A stretch of 64,000 nucleotides of DNA from Chiloscyllium plagiosum (GCF_004010195.1 NC_057720.1:26486890-26550889); one strand, 5' to 3'; positions 1-13,489 are shown, numbered from the stretch's first letter. A program made the numbers and translations. Notes: generated by a model from the sequence alone, not told the origin.

Positions 1-278
1 TCCACGTATGGAGTCAGCTATTACGAGGGGGCATAGCTTTAAATTAAGGTGTGGTAGGTATAGGACAGATGTTAGGGGTAGGTTCTTTACTCAGCGAATC
101 ATGAGTTCATGGAATGCCCTGCCAGTAGCAGTGGTGGACTCTCTCTCATTATGGGCATTTAAGCGGGCATTGGATAGGTATATGGAGGATAGTGGGCTAG
201 TGTAGGTTAGGTGGGCTTGGATCGGCGCAACATTGAGGGCCAAAGGGCCTGTACTGCGCTGTATTCTTCTATGTTCTA
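1..278 (+). mobile_element. CR1 LINE 3' end (ORF2 C-terminus + tail)
   Basis: TRGHSFKL..FFTQR..WNALP..FKRALD CR1 C-terminal motifs; ttctatgttcta tail. Confidence 0.9.
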
Positions 279-1654
279 AGTTGTAGGACGGAGCTTGGAG
301 ATTGGCAGTTGTTGGTGTTGAGTACTGAGGTTGTTGCCACGATGCCATCATTGTGGGGGATGCTGGTGTAGAGTGCTGAAACACCAATTGTGACGAGGAA
401 TGTTCCTGGTTTGACTGGTCCGTGGATGCTGAGTTTCTGTAAGAAATCTGTAGTGTCGCGACAGAAGCCCTGTACAATGGGTTTCAAGATGCCTTCGGCA
501 TAGCCAGAGAGGTTCTACACAGGGTCCCATTGCCTGATACGATGGGACATCCTGGGGGTGTATTGGCTTTGTGTATCTTTGGAAGGCAGTAGAAGTCACC
601 TATGTGAGAAGTACGTGGGATGAGGGTGCGTAGGGAACTCTGAAAGACTGGATCCAAAGTCCTGATCAATGTGTTTAGTTCACGGGTGTGCACTTTGGTC
701 GGATCAGCCAGTAGTTGCCCGTAGTGTTCCTGGTTGTTCAGTTGTCAGTACATTTCCTTACAGTAATCTGTTCTATTCTAAATGATGATGGCTCTTCCTT
801 TCTCTGCTGATTTGATGACAATGTTGTGATTGGTTTTGAGAGCATGAATGGCGTTGCATTGTGAATGGGTAATGTTTTGTTCTACCTTGTGGGTACAGCT
901 GATGAACTTGACATTTATAGTTTGAGCATACATGTCAAGCCCAGGGCAGCAGCCCTTCTTTGGGGTCCAAGTTGACTCCTTCTTTGGTCGCTTCTCCACG
1001 GATCCCTGTGGTGAGTATTCCGATTCGTCAGTTGGCTCATTGGAAACATTGCAGGCATCTTGAAAGAATTCCCAGAGTCTCATTCATCTGATGAATTCCT
1101 CCGTGTCTGCTGCAAGAACCATGGGGTCCATTTTGGTGGTGGGGCAGAAATTGAGACATCTGCTCAGGACTCCAATCTCTTCTGGTCGAAGGGTGTGATC
1201 CGATAAGTTGACAATCGACTTTCCTGCAGTGATAACGTTGCCCACTGTGGTGCCAGGGTGGGCTTTGCTGTTACTGGTGAGAATGCCAAGTTTCTCTAGT
1301 ATTTTTGTTCTTGGTGTGCTTGTACGTGGTGTAGTTTTATCGCCTTTTCTGTTTGGCAACATCGCGTAATTGTACTGCTGTGAGTGTGGACTCCATCTGA
1401 ATTTCCAGGTTGTGGTGCCTGCTGTAGAGTTGGTGCATGAGATGATTGAGCAGTTTGCAAGAGGTCCGATGGCAAAGTCTCTCTGCGTAGTCTGTGTTGT
1501 AGGTCGACTTGAGTGGGTTCGTGATCCATAATCCTTTTGGGATCTTTCCTAGTTGCCTGCATTGCTGTAGAAACTTGATGTCTGTGTCGATATGTATGAT
1601 CTTGGAGATCCTCTCCACTTTAAGCTGGCAGTTAGTGGTGTCGATAGTAGTCAC
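279..1654 (-). mobile_element. Penelope-like element (family A) ORF, N-terminal region and RT, frameshifted
   Basis: Fragmented ORFs give IVNLS, LNFCPT, IKSAEKG (KPADKG-like), FYCLPKIHK..PIVSGNG, DTTDFL, VSALYTSIPH; cut off at ~279 by the CR1. Confidence 0.88.
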
Positions 1655-1760
1655 GATATGGAGATGCTGGTGAAGGACTGGGGTGTACAAAGTTAAAAAT
1701 CACACACCAGGTTATAGTCCAACAGGTTTAATTGGAAGCACTTACTTTTGGAGCGCTGTT
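1655..1760 (-). mobile_element. Family A PLE terminal repeat (pLTR) directly upstream of the ORF
   Basis: Same sequence as the dispersed aaacctgttggactataacctgg..gtacaccccagtcc..catctcca repeat; runs into the ORF at GTG (1654-1652). Confidence 0.85.
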
Positions 1761-1764
1761 GTGT

Positions 1765-2517
1765 TATATTAGCCATTTTCCAGTCCTCTGTGAACCTCCC
1801 TGACTCAGTGATTCCTGAAAGAACATCACCAGTGCCTCCACTATCTGCTCAGGTATCTCCTTCAAAACTCTGGGGTGTAATCCATCTGATATGTTAATGT
1901 ATCCACCTTCAGATATTTCAGATTCCCCTGCACTCTTGCCTTCGTGATGGCCATTACACCCATTTTTGTCCCCCAACTTGAAGTTCTGGTATGCTATCAG
2001 CATCTTCCACTGTGAAAATTGATGCAAAGTACCTGTTCAGCTTCTCTGGCATTTCTTCGTTTCCCCTTACTACTACTTCAGTCTCATTTTCCAGCAGCCC
2101 AAAGTCCACTCTTGCCTTTCTCTTACCTTTTTAGATATCTAAAATTAAAACTCTTGCAATCTTCTTTCAAATTAGCCAGCTTACTCTCTCATTTCATCTT
2201 CTCCCTCACTTATTACTTTTTTAGTTATCCTCTGCTGGTTTTTAAAAGGCTTCCCGGTGTTCTGGCTTCCCAATAATCTGCACCATATTGTATATTTTTA
2301 CTTTGGCTTTTATGATGTCCCTGACTTCCTTTGTGAGCCATGGTTGTCTCATGCTCCCCTTAGTATGTTTCTTCTTCCTTGGAATGAATCTCTGCTGTGC
2401 ATCCTGAATTAATCTCAGAAACCCCTGCCATTGCTGCTCCATCACCTTCTAGGCTCCCCTTCCAATCAACTCTGACCCGCTCCTCCCTTATATCTTTGTA
2501 GTTACCTTTACTCAATT
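1765..2517 (-). mobile_element. CR1 ORF2 internal fragment
   Basis: KGNYKDIREE, RFIPRKKK..QPWLTKEV, DGLHPRVLKE motifs. Confidence 0.85.
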
Positions 2518-3046
2518 GCAAAGACACAAGGGACATTTCAAAAGCTATTCGTGCCATTAAAGTGACAGAATCTGATATATCAAGAATTATACAGACAGAA
2601 CAAAATCTTCAATCATGCACGAAAGAGCTCTCAGAGCTTCAAACCAAAGTCATGATCAGAAGCTTCAGGTAGGGTGCATCATGCCACATCAGCAGAGGAA
2701 GAAGCCTAAAGGAGGTATTTTTTGCTAGCCAGCATCAAGAACATCAATGTGAGCTTGGCATGGTTAAAGAAAAATTTCAAACCTCAGCCAACACCCATCC
2801 TGGAGATTAAACTCAAGCTGCTAATAAAAAGTTATCCAGAGAATGAGATCCTTAAGTCTAAAGTGAATCACAATCACTTTTGACATGCAAACATTGTTGA
2901 TCTGCATAGTTTGCCACTGGGGACAGCAAGAGAAACCATTCATAAATTACAAAAATCCTTCAGAGTATTTCCAGTCTCAACAACAGTGGTCAGAAGCTAC
3001 CAATTCCCTCTCGCAAAGTGTTCGCCTCCATGGAAATGACAAGAAT

Positions 3047-3433
3047 GAATGACCTTATAGAGGTTTACAAAATTATGAGGGGCATGGATTGGATAAATAG
3101 ACAAAGTATTTTTCCTGGGGTGTGGGAGTCCAGAACTAGAGGGCATAGGTTTAGGGTGAGAGGGGAAAGATATAAAAGGGACCTAAGGGGCAACTTTGTA
3201 ACGCAGAGGTTGGTACGTGTATGGAACGAGCTGCCAGAGGAATGGTGGAGGCTGGTACAATTGCAACATTTGAAAGGCATTTGGATGGTATATGAATAGG
3301 AAGGGTTTGGAGGGATATGGGCCGGGTGCTGGCAGGTGGGACTAGATTGGATTGGGATATCTGGTCAGCGTGGACGAGTTTGACCGAAGGGTCTGTTTCC
3401 ATGCTGTACATCTCAATGACTCTATGACTCTAA
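3047..3433 (+). mobile_element. 5'-truncated CR1 LINE
   Basis: DLIEVYKIMRG..RTRGHRF..WNELP; (atgactct)n tail. Confidence 0.92.
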
Positions 3434-6400
3434 TGCAAGTATTATACATTCTGCAAGAGAACAGGAAAATGCTGTTGGAGGTGGTACCTCAAGTGAAAGG
3501 GACTTCAGAGAGGATACAGGTGGATACAGGTCATTAATGTAGAAAGGGATGATTGGGTATCGTTTAAAAGACAATTGAAAAAATGTAGTACGAAGGGAAT
3601 GTATTGAAGAAAAGCTATTAAACATATCTGAGAGTGGTACATAATCATGACATTAGATCACATCGAACAGCAGGCTAGGTCTGTGGGACTCCAAATAAGA
3701 TGTCCCCACCTTCTTCTAAATATAATCATTTTCAGCAAAAACAGGGACTGTTCTGTCAAGAGTACAGATCTCACATTGAGTGAGTGACCCCTGTATTCCA
3801 CCTGGTACCTTCCTTTACTGAAGTTTATTTTCCAGTTACATACACAGTCTCTCAGTTTATTACCTTTTTTTGCACTTTGTGCCAGCCTTTCGTATTAATT
3901 ATTTAAATCGCTCAATCTGACATTGACCACAAAGTTTGAAATTGTGCTTCCAATTCCAAAGTCTTAATCATTGTGTAAATTGTCCCACCCAGAAACTTGT
4001 CGAACATTCACTTCACTCTTGTATTCTCACCACAAGTGTGAGTCTACCACTGCTTTTGCATATCTTTAAAAGCAACCCTGATTAACGCAGGAGATCCTGA
4101 TAAAACAGAAACAAGTGTGTAGTGTGTGGCTGGACTACTATTCTTTATGTCTGAACTTATAAAGTGTAGAAAGGTCCCTATAAAAGATATTTTGAACTCA
4201 TAATATGTTTTTAGTTTAAATTTCTTGCTTTTTATACAGCCAAATTCTTAAGAGTGAAATATTACAAAATTTCTTGAAGAAAACTAGCCCTCCATTTAAG
4301 CTATTTTAACGAAAAGGAATCCCAGGAAACAATCTTTCTACTGAAAGATTGTACAATCATCTGATTCCAAACTCCTAGCCAGTGATATCCAGATAGATGG
4401 ATAAGGACAGCTGGTAATAGATCCTTTCAAGCCTCACCGTTACAGGCATAGTTAGTCACTGACAGATAGACAAGAGCATCTTAATAAGGACTCCTATCAG
4501 ACCATACTATTTCAGGCAGTTACTCACAGACTGATGGACAGGAGAAGCTTATCACAAAGACCTTTGAAGTGTCACAATAATTAGCTCAGGTGACACAGAT
4601 GGACAGGGGGAACCTGTAATAAGTCTATTTAACTTTGCTACATGAGAACACATGCAGCTATTAGATTGGAGGTAGGAAGATGTTGCTCACAATTTCCTTC
4701 ACGGTGACTAGGAACAGGTATAACATAATGTACATGTCTATATGTTCGCATTAGTTGAGGAATGAATCTTCTCAGCTCTGTTGCTGAAGACATTGCAGGA
4801 TATAAATAAACACACAGTATTCTCTTGGGACTTATTTATTCCATTTTAATTTTACCTGCTGATTCAATGCACGAGCCTCCACTGAAGTTGATGGTGGAAA
4901 AGAAGTATTCAACATGAAAGAAGAAAGAGAACACTCAGCTGCTTTGGTCCAGTTCTAGAAATCTGAGCCAGAAAGTTGCTGTTACAATCAGAGATATTCA
5001 TAGAACTGACAGTTTTGAAAGTTTTAGAAGAAGTATTAATAACCAGAATGAGGTGGAAAATATTATTTAAGTAGCCTGTTTATCACTGTTCTGAGCATTC
5101 TAACCTCTTCTGAAATGGATTAACAACCATTCTCAGGGGATTGGTTACAATGGTACAGTTGTTTCTTGTTTAGGTCATTAAAATGAGGAAGTCATGCAGC
5201 ATCCTGTTGATACACAATCAAATAGAAAAGCAACACAAAAAAATGCACAAATGAGCTTCCCCTGGGAATAATTTCAAATTATTACCACAGCGATCTATCA
5301 GCAGTATATGGAGCCAAGGATGTCATTCTGCTGACCTTGTATGGGCTGAAGTATACACTCTGGATAAAGTGGAGAAAAACAGAATAGCAGACAAAACAAA
5401 CAAAGCACAGATAATGTGATCAGGGTCTGAAGCCCGATTTCCAAGCCTGATATGATTAAAAATTACCTGCTTTCCTTTCTCCATGCTGGAGATGCCCAGA
5501 AAGTGACCTCCTGTTACAAGTCAGTCCAAGAATCTTCAGACGCAGCAGCACAAAAGATCCTTGGAGAAACCAATATCTTTTTTTGAACAAGTGTATAACA
5601 TTCTGTGATTGAAATGTTCAGTTGCACCATCAGTCACATTGACGACATCTGTGAAAGGGTAATTCTGGAAGGTGAGGGTGGGGTTAGGATGCCAGTTTGG
5701 TGAGGGAACTAAGATGCCACATGGATGTGCTGCCAGGTAGAGAGGTCAGTGAACATATATACATGGTGAGTTAGGGTTCAAGTCCTGCTGGCTTGGCTTG
5801 GAAGAATGGTGAGTCCTGCCGGGGCAGAATGTTGGATCAGAAAGGGAGAAGGGGTGTGGATTGATATTGGGTTGGGGTCATACTGTGTCGAAGCAATGTT
5901 GAGCCAGAATCGGCACAAGGTACTGTTAGGACAAAGGGTTGTTGGATTGGTGTGGATCAGGACAGGGGTTTTTCAGGTCAGGTGGGAGCTTAAGATTCAG
6001 TCCAGAGGTGTCATGGCCAGGGTGCTGAGAGGGTGTCAGCAGAAGGTGCATGAGTTGAGTCCAGGGAGGTCGGGCCAGCAGAATTTTGTTGTGGGATTTG
6101 GCTCAAGAGATTTGTGTCATTTCCAGCAGGTTCAGCTCAGAGTGTGTGTGTGTGTGTGTGGGAGGGGGGTGGAATTGGGGAACGGGAGCTGGTGGGTGAG
6201 TAGGGCAGAGGTGCCAGGGCATGGAAGTAAGATCAGCGGGGAAGGGTGACTGTTGGATTGAGGGGGATTGTCAAGAACCAATAGTGATGGTGCTAAGTCT
6301 GACAGGGTTGGGTCAGAAAGCTGTCAGGATGGGTTGAGGGGAGGGCTGGGTTGTGCGGGAGGGGGTTTCTGGTCAGGAAGGTAAGGTATTAGACAGGAAC

Positions 6401-8229
6401 AATTGTGGGGATCAGTGATGAGTTGGACATTTGGTGCAATAGCTACACAGAAGTTAGAGTAGGTTTTTAATTTTATAAGTTTTCTTGGGTAACTATGAAC
6501 ATACTTTGAGTCGGAACCATCTAAACCTTTTGTTTTTAAGGGGCCTTTTCCAAGGGTTGTGTATGCTGGGTAATTGCTTCTTAGAAGTTCAGATTTCCCC
6601 AAGGAATTCCACATGATTTCAATACACAACTCCAGTTTGCACTGCTCCTACCACCACTTGGCTGTTGGAATAGCTTGACAAAAGTTTTCTTGCCAGTAGC
6701 CATACTGATGGCTGTAGGCTAAACCTATTCATTTAAAGTGTTTACTCAAATCTCCATTAGCTCAGTGATAACATTGGCATTTTAAGTCAGAAATACCTCC
6801 TCACATACACTTCACTTAACTTGATACATTGGTGAAGTTCTATGGAAGTACAAGCAGTGGCCATACTTGGGGTGAAAACTTAAATTCAGATTCTAACTGT
6901 TTGTCCAGTGTATAAAAAAAAATCCATTGCACATTTGTGAAGAAAGCAATCCCAGTTGTTTTGATCAATGTTCATTCCCCAATAGTATCACCAAAATATA
7001 TTATAATGTGTTTTGCTGTTTGCACATTGACTGCTGTGCATAACCAATTAACAGTGATCATTATAGTTCAATACCATGACTCAAGAGCTTTGAAGGGATA
7101 TCCTGAGGAAGTTAAAATTCTCTATAGATCTCTCTATTTGACTTTACATAAATCAATTTCAATAATGCACTACAGGAGTTGTTTGTGTATGAATTTAATT
7201 TAAAATCAACAGATAATTTAAAATAAATTACTTCAAATTAAAGAGTACATCAAATTATATTCTAATTTAAAAAGAACTCAATAGAAGTAGTGAAATTAGT
7301 CATTTTTGAAGAGGGATGTGAATAGCCATGTTCACATTTTGGGAATATCTCACAATTGCTTACACTAAGGATTTGGAGACATTGAGCTCTAATATTGACG
7401 TAGTCATTGTTTTCCAATTCAGTACGTTGGAGGATCAATCCCATTCCAAAGGCTCTGCAAACCTCATTGGTACCTGGAGTTTTGATGCCACACAAGTCAA
7501 TGGTCTGGTAAAAGAGTGCCTGGCAATAGAGCCATGACTGCAGGGTTAGTTTAGGCATTGCTGGCCCAACTGTTATTTATAATGCCACCATCATGCCCAA
7601 ATCACCCTACATGCAGACCGAACATAAGAACAGATTCTAGAAGACCCAGACCATGCATTTATTTTCAAGGCTCGAGACTGAAAGATATTCCCTTGGTCAC
7701 CAATGGGGAAGTAAATTGCTGAACTTAATTATAATTTTTCCACCAAGCATTTTCCCACAAGTGGTAAAGAATGATGAAGCTGTGAGTGTTGGCTTCCAAG
7801 GTGGAAAATGAGAATAAATAGAACAATTTGGTTTCGCAGGCTTTAACAATTGAGAAACCCCAAGGATCAGTACTTCTGTCTAAGCTGGTTACAATCCATG
7901 TTAATGATTTGGATGAATTCATACAAACCCACACTCCAGTTCCATGTAATCTACATCACTATGACATAGCACACATATTCACTAGCTATCCTTAGTGGGA
8001 ATAGTATAATTCATTTTAATCTACAATCGCTCTGCTGCTAAGAAAAGGTTTAAATGGGATAGAGGAATAAAACTGCAGAAGTTGTCAGTTGCGAGGAGGA
8101 GGGAGAAATGGTTAGGGATATATAAAATTCCACCATCATAATATAAAATGGATACAGCAGGACTAGAGAACAGGTTTTTAAAAAATGGTTACAATGTTAA
8201 TAGAATGCTTCACATGAAAGGTTAATAAG

Positions 8230-8560
8230 CTGGCACCTTTTCTGAAGGACAGGAACAACAGAATGTGACCTGATACAGGTCTTGAAGATTAGGAAAGTGT
8301 TTGTTAGATGGCATGTTTCCATTTGCTGACAAGACAAAAAATAAGAATCATTAATATAAAGCAGTTACTAAGAAATTCAATCGAGAAGTCAGGAGAAATT
8401 TGTTTACCCAGAGAATGATTCACACGTGGTATTCATTACAACAGAGAGCTGTTCATATCGTGAGTATAGAAGCATTTAAAAGAAAGATAGATAAACACAA
8501 GACAGTGAAACAAATAAACAGATATGTCAATAAAAAATTAGATAAAGGATGGAAGAGGAT
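8230..8560 (+). mobile_element. Old degenerate CR1 3' fragment
   Basis: FTQRMIHTWYSLQQR..IEAFKRKID resembles the CR1 C-terminus. Confidence 0.6.
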
Positions 8561-8589
8561 CAGTGTGATGCATAAACTGGAGAGTTGAT

Positions 8590-8860
8590 GATACAGTGTT
8601 GCTTGCCTTGTAATCCAGAAACTCAGCTAATGCTTTGGTTCAAACCGTACCATGACATGGCAATTTTAATTTGATTCATAAATCTAAGATAGACTTAATT
8701 CCGTCTTAATGACAATGATTATTGATTGTTCTGATCCACTAATTCCGTTCAGGAAAAGAATTCTGTTAGCGTACATGTAACTCCAGGCCCACAGTGATGT
8801 AGTTAACTTTTACTTCCCTTCACTGAAATGTCAAGCAGGCAACTCAGTTCAGGGCAATTA
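8590..8860 (+). mobile_element. Degenerate SacSINE1/DeuSINE-like SINE
   Basis: taatccagaaactcagctaatg, tacatgtaactccaggcccacag, gggcaattag shared with copies at 16553 and 49172. Confidence 0.55.
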
Positions 8861-9034
8861 GAAACATAAACAAAAATCCCTGGAAAAGCTCATCAGAACT
8901 GAAGAAGGGTCACTGGATCTGAAACATTAACTCTGCTTTCTATCCACAGATGCTGCCCAACCTGCGGAACCTTTGATAGCAAGTTTTGCTTTTGTTTAGG
9001 ATTTCAGTATCCACAGTTTTTTTTTAGTTTTTTT
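8861..9034 (+). mobile_element. PLE-type family D short element with decayed hammerhead motif and partial inverted arm
   Basis: CTGAAGA-A-GGGTC-actg-GATCT-GAAACATT at 8899-8928; similar to 29387-29525. Confidence 0.65.
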
Positions 9035-9473
9035 GATACGGCCAAGAGGTGATGGGCAAGAAATACTGATCTTGCCTGAAACACCAAATCTGGTGATGGT
9101 ATAAAACAATAATCACCAGCATGAACCTTTTATTCTAAATGCCTGGCTCTGTGCTGTGAGTATTAGGTAATAACATGCAATCTAAATCTTTGCAACAATG
9201 CAAACTGAGTGAAGCCTTTGCATTACAACATCCACATTGATTGTTTGTTACCTACTCTGAAGATAGGATGCAACATCAGTGGATGCATGGGAAATAATTA
9301 AAACCAAAATTCATATAAAATCAAGAAAGAAACACAATATAAGAAATTGCCATTTGGTGCATCATGTCCAACAATTTCAGACTTTGTAGAGTGTGTTGTA
9401 TTAGACATGCCAGTTTACCACACTGTATAGGAACTGCTGATCGTGATGAAATGTGCTGCCACCATCCTCTTTA

Positions 9474-9807
9474 AGAATCTTAGAATCTCTACAGTATGGA
9501 ACCAGGTCATTTTGGCCCAACCATTTTTCCACACCAACACTCTGAAAAGTATCCCACCCAGACCCATTTCCCCAACCTATTACTCTACATTTACCCCTGA
9601 CAAATGCCCCTAATCTGCACATCCCTGAACAGTATGGGCAATTTAGCATGGTCAATTCACCCAACCAGCACATCTTTGGATTGTGGGGGAAAGCCTACGC
9701 AGACACGGGGAGAATGTGCAAGCTCCAGACAGACAGCCACCCAACGCTGGAATCAAACCAGGGTCTCTGCTGTGAGGCAGCAGTGCTAACCACTGAGTCA
9801 TCGTGCC
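9474..9807 (-). mobile_element. HE1-type V-SINE
   Basis: tRNA-like head, ttctccccgtgtctgcgt V-domain and CR1-like tail on the minus strand. Confidence 0.88.
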
Positions 9808-9856
9808 ATACCCCTAGCCACCATATAGGAAACTACAGGTTCTACTTGGTCTTGTG

Positions 9857-10193
9857 TCATAGAATCCCTACAGTGTAGAAGCAGGTCATTTGCTTGATTG
9901 AGTCTACACCAATCCTCCAAAGAGCATCCCACCTGGACTCACTTCCTTACACTATCCCTGTAACCCTTCACTTCCCATGACTAATCCACCTAACCTCCAC
10001 ATCCTTGGACAATTTAGTATGGCCAATCCACCTAACCTCTGGACTGTGGGAGCAATCAGGAGCACCCAGAGGAAACCCTTGCTGACATGGGGGGAAACAT
10101 ACAAACTACGCACAGGCAGTTGCCTGAGGCTGGAATTGAACCTGGGTCTTTGGCATTGTGAGGTAGCAGTGTCAACCACTGAGCCACTATGCT
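9857..10193 (-). mobile_element. HE1-type V-SINE (older copy)
   Basis: Same head/V-domain/tail layout as 31008-31324. Confidence 0.85.
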
Positions 10194-10477
10194 ATCTCTG
10201 CCGTGTGGTGGAGGAAAACCACCTCCTGGTCTAACCATAAGAGTCTCCATAATTAATAAGATCAAGTTTATTGTATGTTAGCATCTAGTTACAGGTCACA
10301 TTAATGCAATAGAGTCTATCACAGAGAGACTTTGAGGAGGATTGGACATTAGGTCTGCCTCCTCAGTGATCTTAAAAGCTTCTGTCCATATGTCCACATA
10401 CATCATTATTATGAGTGGTATTTATGACATTCCTTAGAATAACCCTTCCAGAGTCTTTCTTAAAAAAAATTATTCAT

Positions 10478-10812
10478 TTTCAGGATGAGGGTGTCACTGA
10501 GCAGCTTGGAGGCTCCCAAGCACTGATGATGTTGCCTAGCCAGGGGACGAAACGTTTGCAACAAAAACTTCCAGCTCGGCGAACAGAACCACAACAGACC
10601 AGACCACATAAGGATGGCAGTTTCCTTCCCTAAAGGACATTAGTTTTTCCGACAATCAGCAATGGATTCATGGGCATCATTAGTCTTTTAATTCCAAATT
10701 TTTAAAATTGAATTCAAATTCCTGCCATGGCAGGATTCAAACCCAGGTCCCCAGAACATTATCTGGGTCTCTGGATTAACAGTCCTGCGATAATGCCAAT
10801 AGACCATAGCCC
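10478..10812 (-). mobile_element. SacSINE1/DeuSINE-like SINE interrupted by a PLE fragment
   Basis: Reverse complement of the 16553 family; PLE piece at ~10500-10596. Confidence 0.65.
10520..10559 (+). ncRNA. Minimal hammerhead ribozyme motif (PLE family C-like)
   Basis: GCA-CUGAUGA-U-[GUUGCCU agcc AGGGGAC]-GAA-ACGU-U-UGC; stem I GCA/UGC. Confidence 0.7.
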
Positions 10813-12033
10813 AATGTATCACAGAACATACCTGATTAGAAGAAAAATAGGTTATAACTGATTAGTCTTTCCTCAGAACAATTTAATCACCTGAAGGAAA
10901 ATTCTGCCTACATTTATACACACTCATGAATTTATTATTGAATAAACCCAAGAGTATTTCATCTCAACAGCTCTGTTATTCTATTCGAACCAACATTACT
11001 GAAACCAACACATCCTACAGTTTTACTATCTTTAATATTTATCTAACTCTATTATCACTAAATTTGCTGCAACTCAGATATGCATCTGCACTTTTTCTAT
11101 ATATTATTTGACATTGTTTTAGCTGAGAAGCTGCTCCACAAATCCATCTACCTGCAGGGGAGTTCTTGTTATCCTAATATTGAGTCTTGGCTGAAGTTTG
11201 TTCTTTTATAACCTGGCAGTAAGGTCACAATCCATACATTTTTACTTGCTTACACCCACATCCTATGCCTCACTGCTTCAAAGACCTGGATTTTACTTGC
11301 CAACACCTTCTTACTGGCTTTGTTCCAATAAAAACAAATTCAGCTCGGCAGGTCTCAACTCATGCCTCTCTGAACTCTTGCTAATCCATCAATATTCGAT
11401 TGAAGGTATGAAAGGGCTTTTAACCTGACAAGGTGGGTGGATTTTAGAGTGGATGGCAGGTTAAAAGGGCAGAAATTGCCAGTTTGGCAGGACGCCAGCA
11501 GAAGCTTCCGTCTTTAACCTGTACATTTGGTCCTGTGAGACAGACAAGTCAGCAATTTTCATATGCAAACTGCTGATTTTCTGCTTCTTTAATGTTGTAC
11601 GCACAGATTACCCAGTCTTCCGGCAACTTACTAGAGACCTGAGGTGCCTCGGCAAGTGACGGGCAACAAATGCTTTAAACACCATGATCTATGCTTCATG
11701 CTGAGGTGAAAGGCTTTTACTCTCTTTACAAGTCCAGTAAGTGTGCTTTCATTACTTTGATCTATATTTCCCAGCTGTCAGCTTTTCAGCAGCCGACCAC
11801 ATATGTGGCTTTACCTTGGACCTCAGATGAGAGACCATGAAAGGCAACATTAGTGACAGCAGCTGCAGCCTTCTCTTCAACAAGTACCTCCACGGGGAGG
11901 GCTATTCGGGCTCTCAGCTATGGCTCCTCAGAGGCTAAAGTAGAGGAAAACCTTCCTGGACTTGGCAATACACTAATGCTTCAGGAAGTTTGAGGATTTT
12001 CATCAGGTGCCCAGCTAAAAGAAGACTTCTTGT

Positions 12034-12675
12034 TAGCGGGTTTTGAGAAACTTTGTAGCTCCGGTTGAGGTTCTGGATGTAGGTTTGCTCAATGAGCTGG
12101 AAGGTTCGTTTTCAGACGTTTTGCCACCATACTAGGTAACATCTTCAATGAGCCTCCAAATGAAGCACCGGTGGTGTAGCTATTTATATGTTTGTATTTC
12201 CTAAGGTTGGTGTCATTCCCTGTGGTGACGTCATTTCCAGTGGTGGTGTCATTTCCTGCTCTTTTCCTCAGAGGGTGGTAAATGGGATCCAAATCAATGT
12301 GTTGACTAGTACCCTGACATACAGATGAGGAAGGACACCACTTCAACTGGGACAACACATACATCCTAGGACAAGCCAGAGACACGCACAAGAATTCCTA
12401 GAAGCATGGCATTCCAACCAGAAGTCTATCAACAAACCCATTGACTTGGATCCCATTTACCACCCTGTGAGAAAAAGAATAGGAAATAACATCACCATTG
12501 GAAAGGATGTCACCACAGGAAATGACATCACCAACCCTAGGAAATGCAAACATATAAATAGAAAACAGGCTACACCACCAATGCTTATTTGAAGGCTCAC
12601 CAAAGATCTTACCTAGTATGGTGACGAAACATCTGAAAATGAATCTTTCAGCTCGGCAAGCAAACCTACATCCAA
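12034..12675. mobile_element. Fold-back PLE (family C): GIY-YIG C-terminus and inverted terminal repeats
   Basis: HTDEEGHHFNWDNTYILG..EFLEAWHS..INKPIDLDPIYHP on +; arms ~12077-12306 / ~12429-12674; 12-bp TSD aagacttcttgt (12022-12033, 12676-12687). Confidence 0.85.
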
Positions 12676-12879
12676 AAGACTTCTTGTGTCAAATGGACCA
12701 AGTGAGCAAACATTGCTAATGACTGTCAAAGTCCCAACAGCTCTCTATTTCTTCACCTTTAGCTCCTTCCTCAGGGATCAGTTGATATTGATGGGATCTC
12801 TCAAACCTGCTGCCTACAATCAGAACTCTCAGGTGACTAATCTTTATTTTCCCTCTTGTTGGTTCCCTCACCGCATCCT

Positions 12880-13450
12880 GCTGACCCAGTCTAGCAGCTA
12901 CGAGCTCTAGAACCCAATCAGCTTGATCGGTCGTGTTGCTGCTGAGTCACTCTTGATGGACATTGAAATCCCCCATCCAGAGTAAATTTTGTGTCCTTGC
13001 CATCCTCTGTGCTTCCTCCAAGTGTTGCTCAACGTGGAGGAGTATAGATGCATCAGCTGAAGGAGGATAGTACATGGTAATCAGCAGGAGGTTTCCTTGC
13101 CCATGTTTAACCTGAAGATGTGAGAATTCATGGTGTCCAGAGTCAATGTTGAGGACTTCCAGGGCAACTCCCTCCAAACTGCACACCATTGTGCTGCCCC
13201 CTCTGCTGGGTCTGTAAGGACGTTTCCAGGGATGGTGATGATGGTGTCTTGGTTCATTGTCTATAAGTTATGATTTCATGAATATCACTATGTCAGGTTG
13301 TTGTGTGACTAGTCTGAGACAGCTCTCCCAGTTTTGGCGCAAACCCCAAGATGGGAGGGAGGAGTACTTTGCAGGGTCAACATGGCTGTTTCTGCTGTTG
13401 TCTTTTCTGGTATCACGTCGATGTCAGGTGGTCCATCTGGTTTTATTTCT
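12880..13450 (-). mobile_element. CR1/L2-group LINE APE endonuclease fragment
   Basis: LLITMYYPPS...WMGDFNVH motifs. Confidence 0.75.
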
Positions 13451-13489
13451 TTGAGATTTTTTAGCAATTGATAGAATGGAGTGGCTTGC

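Noticed and set aside
5650..6450. G-rich segment with a 147-aa ORF
   Set aside because: Compositionally biased and includes (GT)n; probably an old repeat interior that I cannot assign.
7262..7558. 98-aa and 69-aa ORFs as a host exon
   Set aside because: No recognisable homology or convincing splice-site pair.
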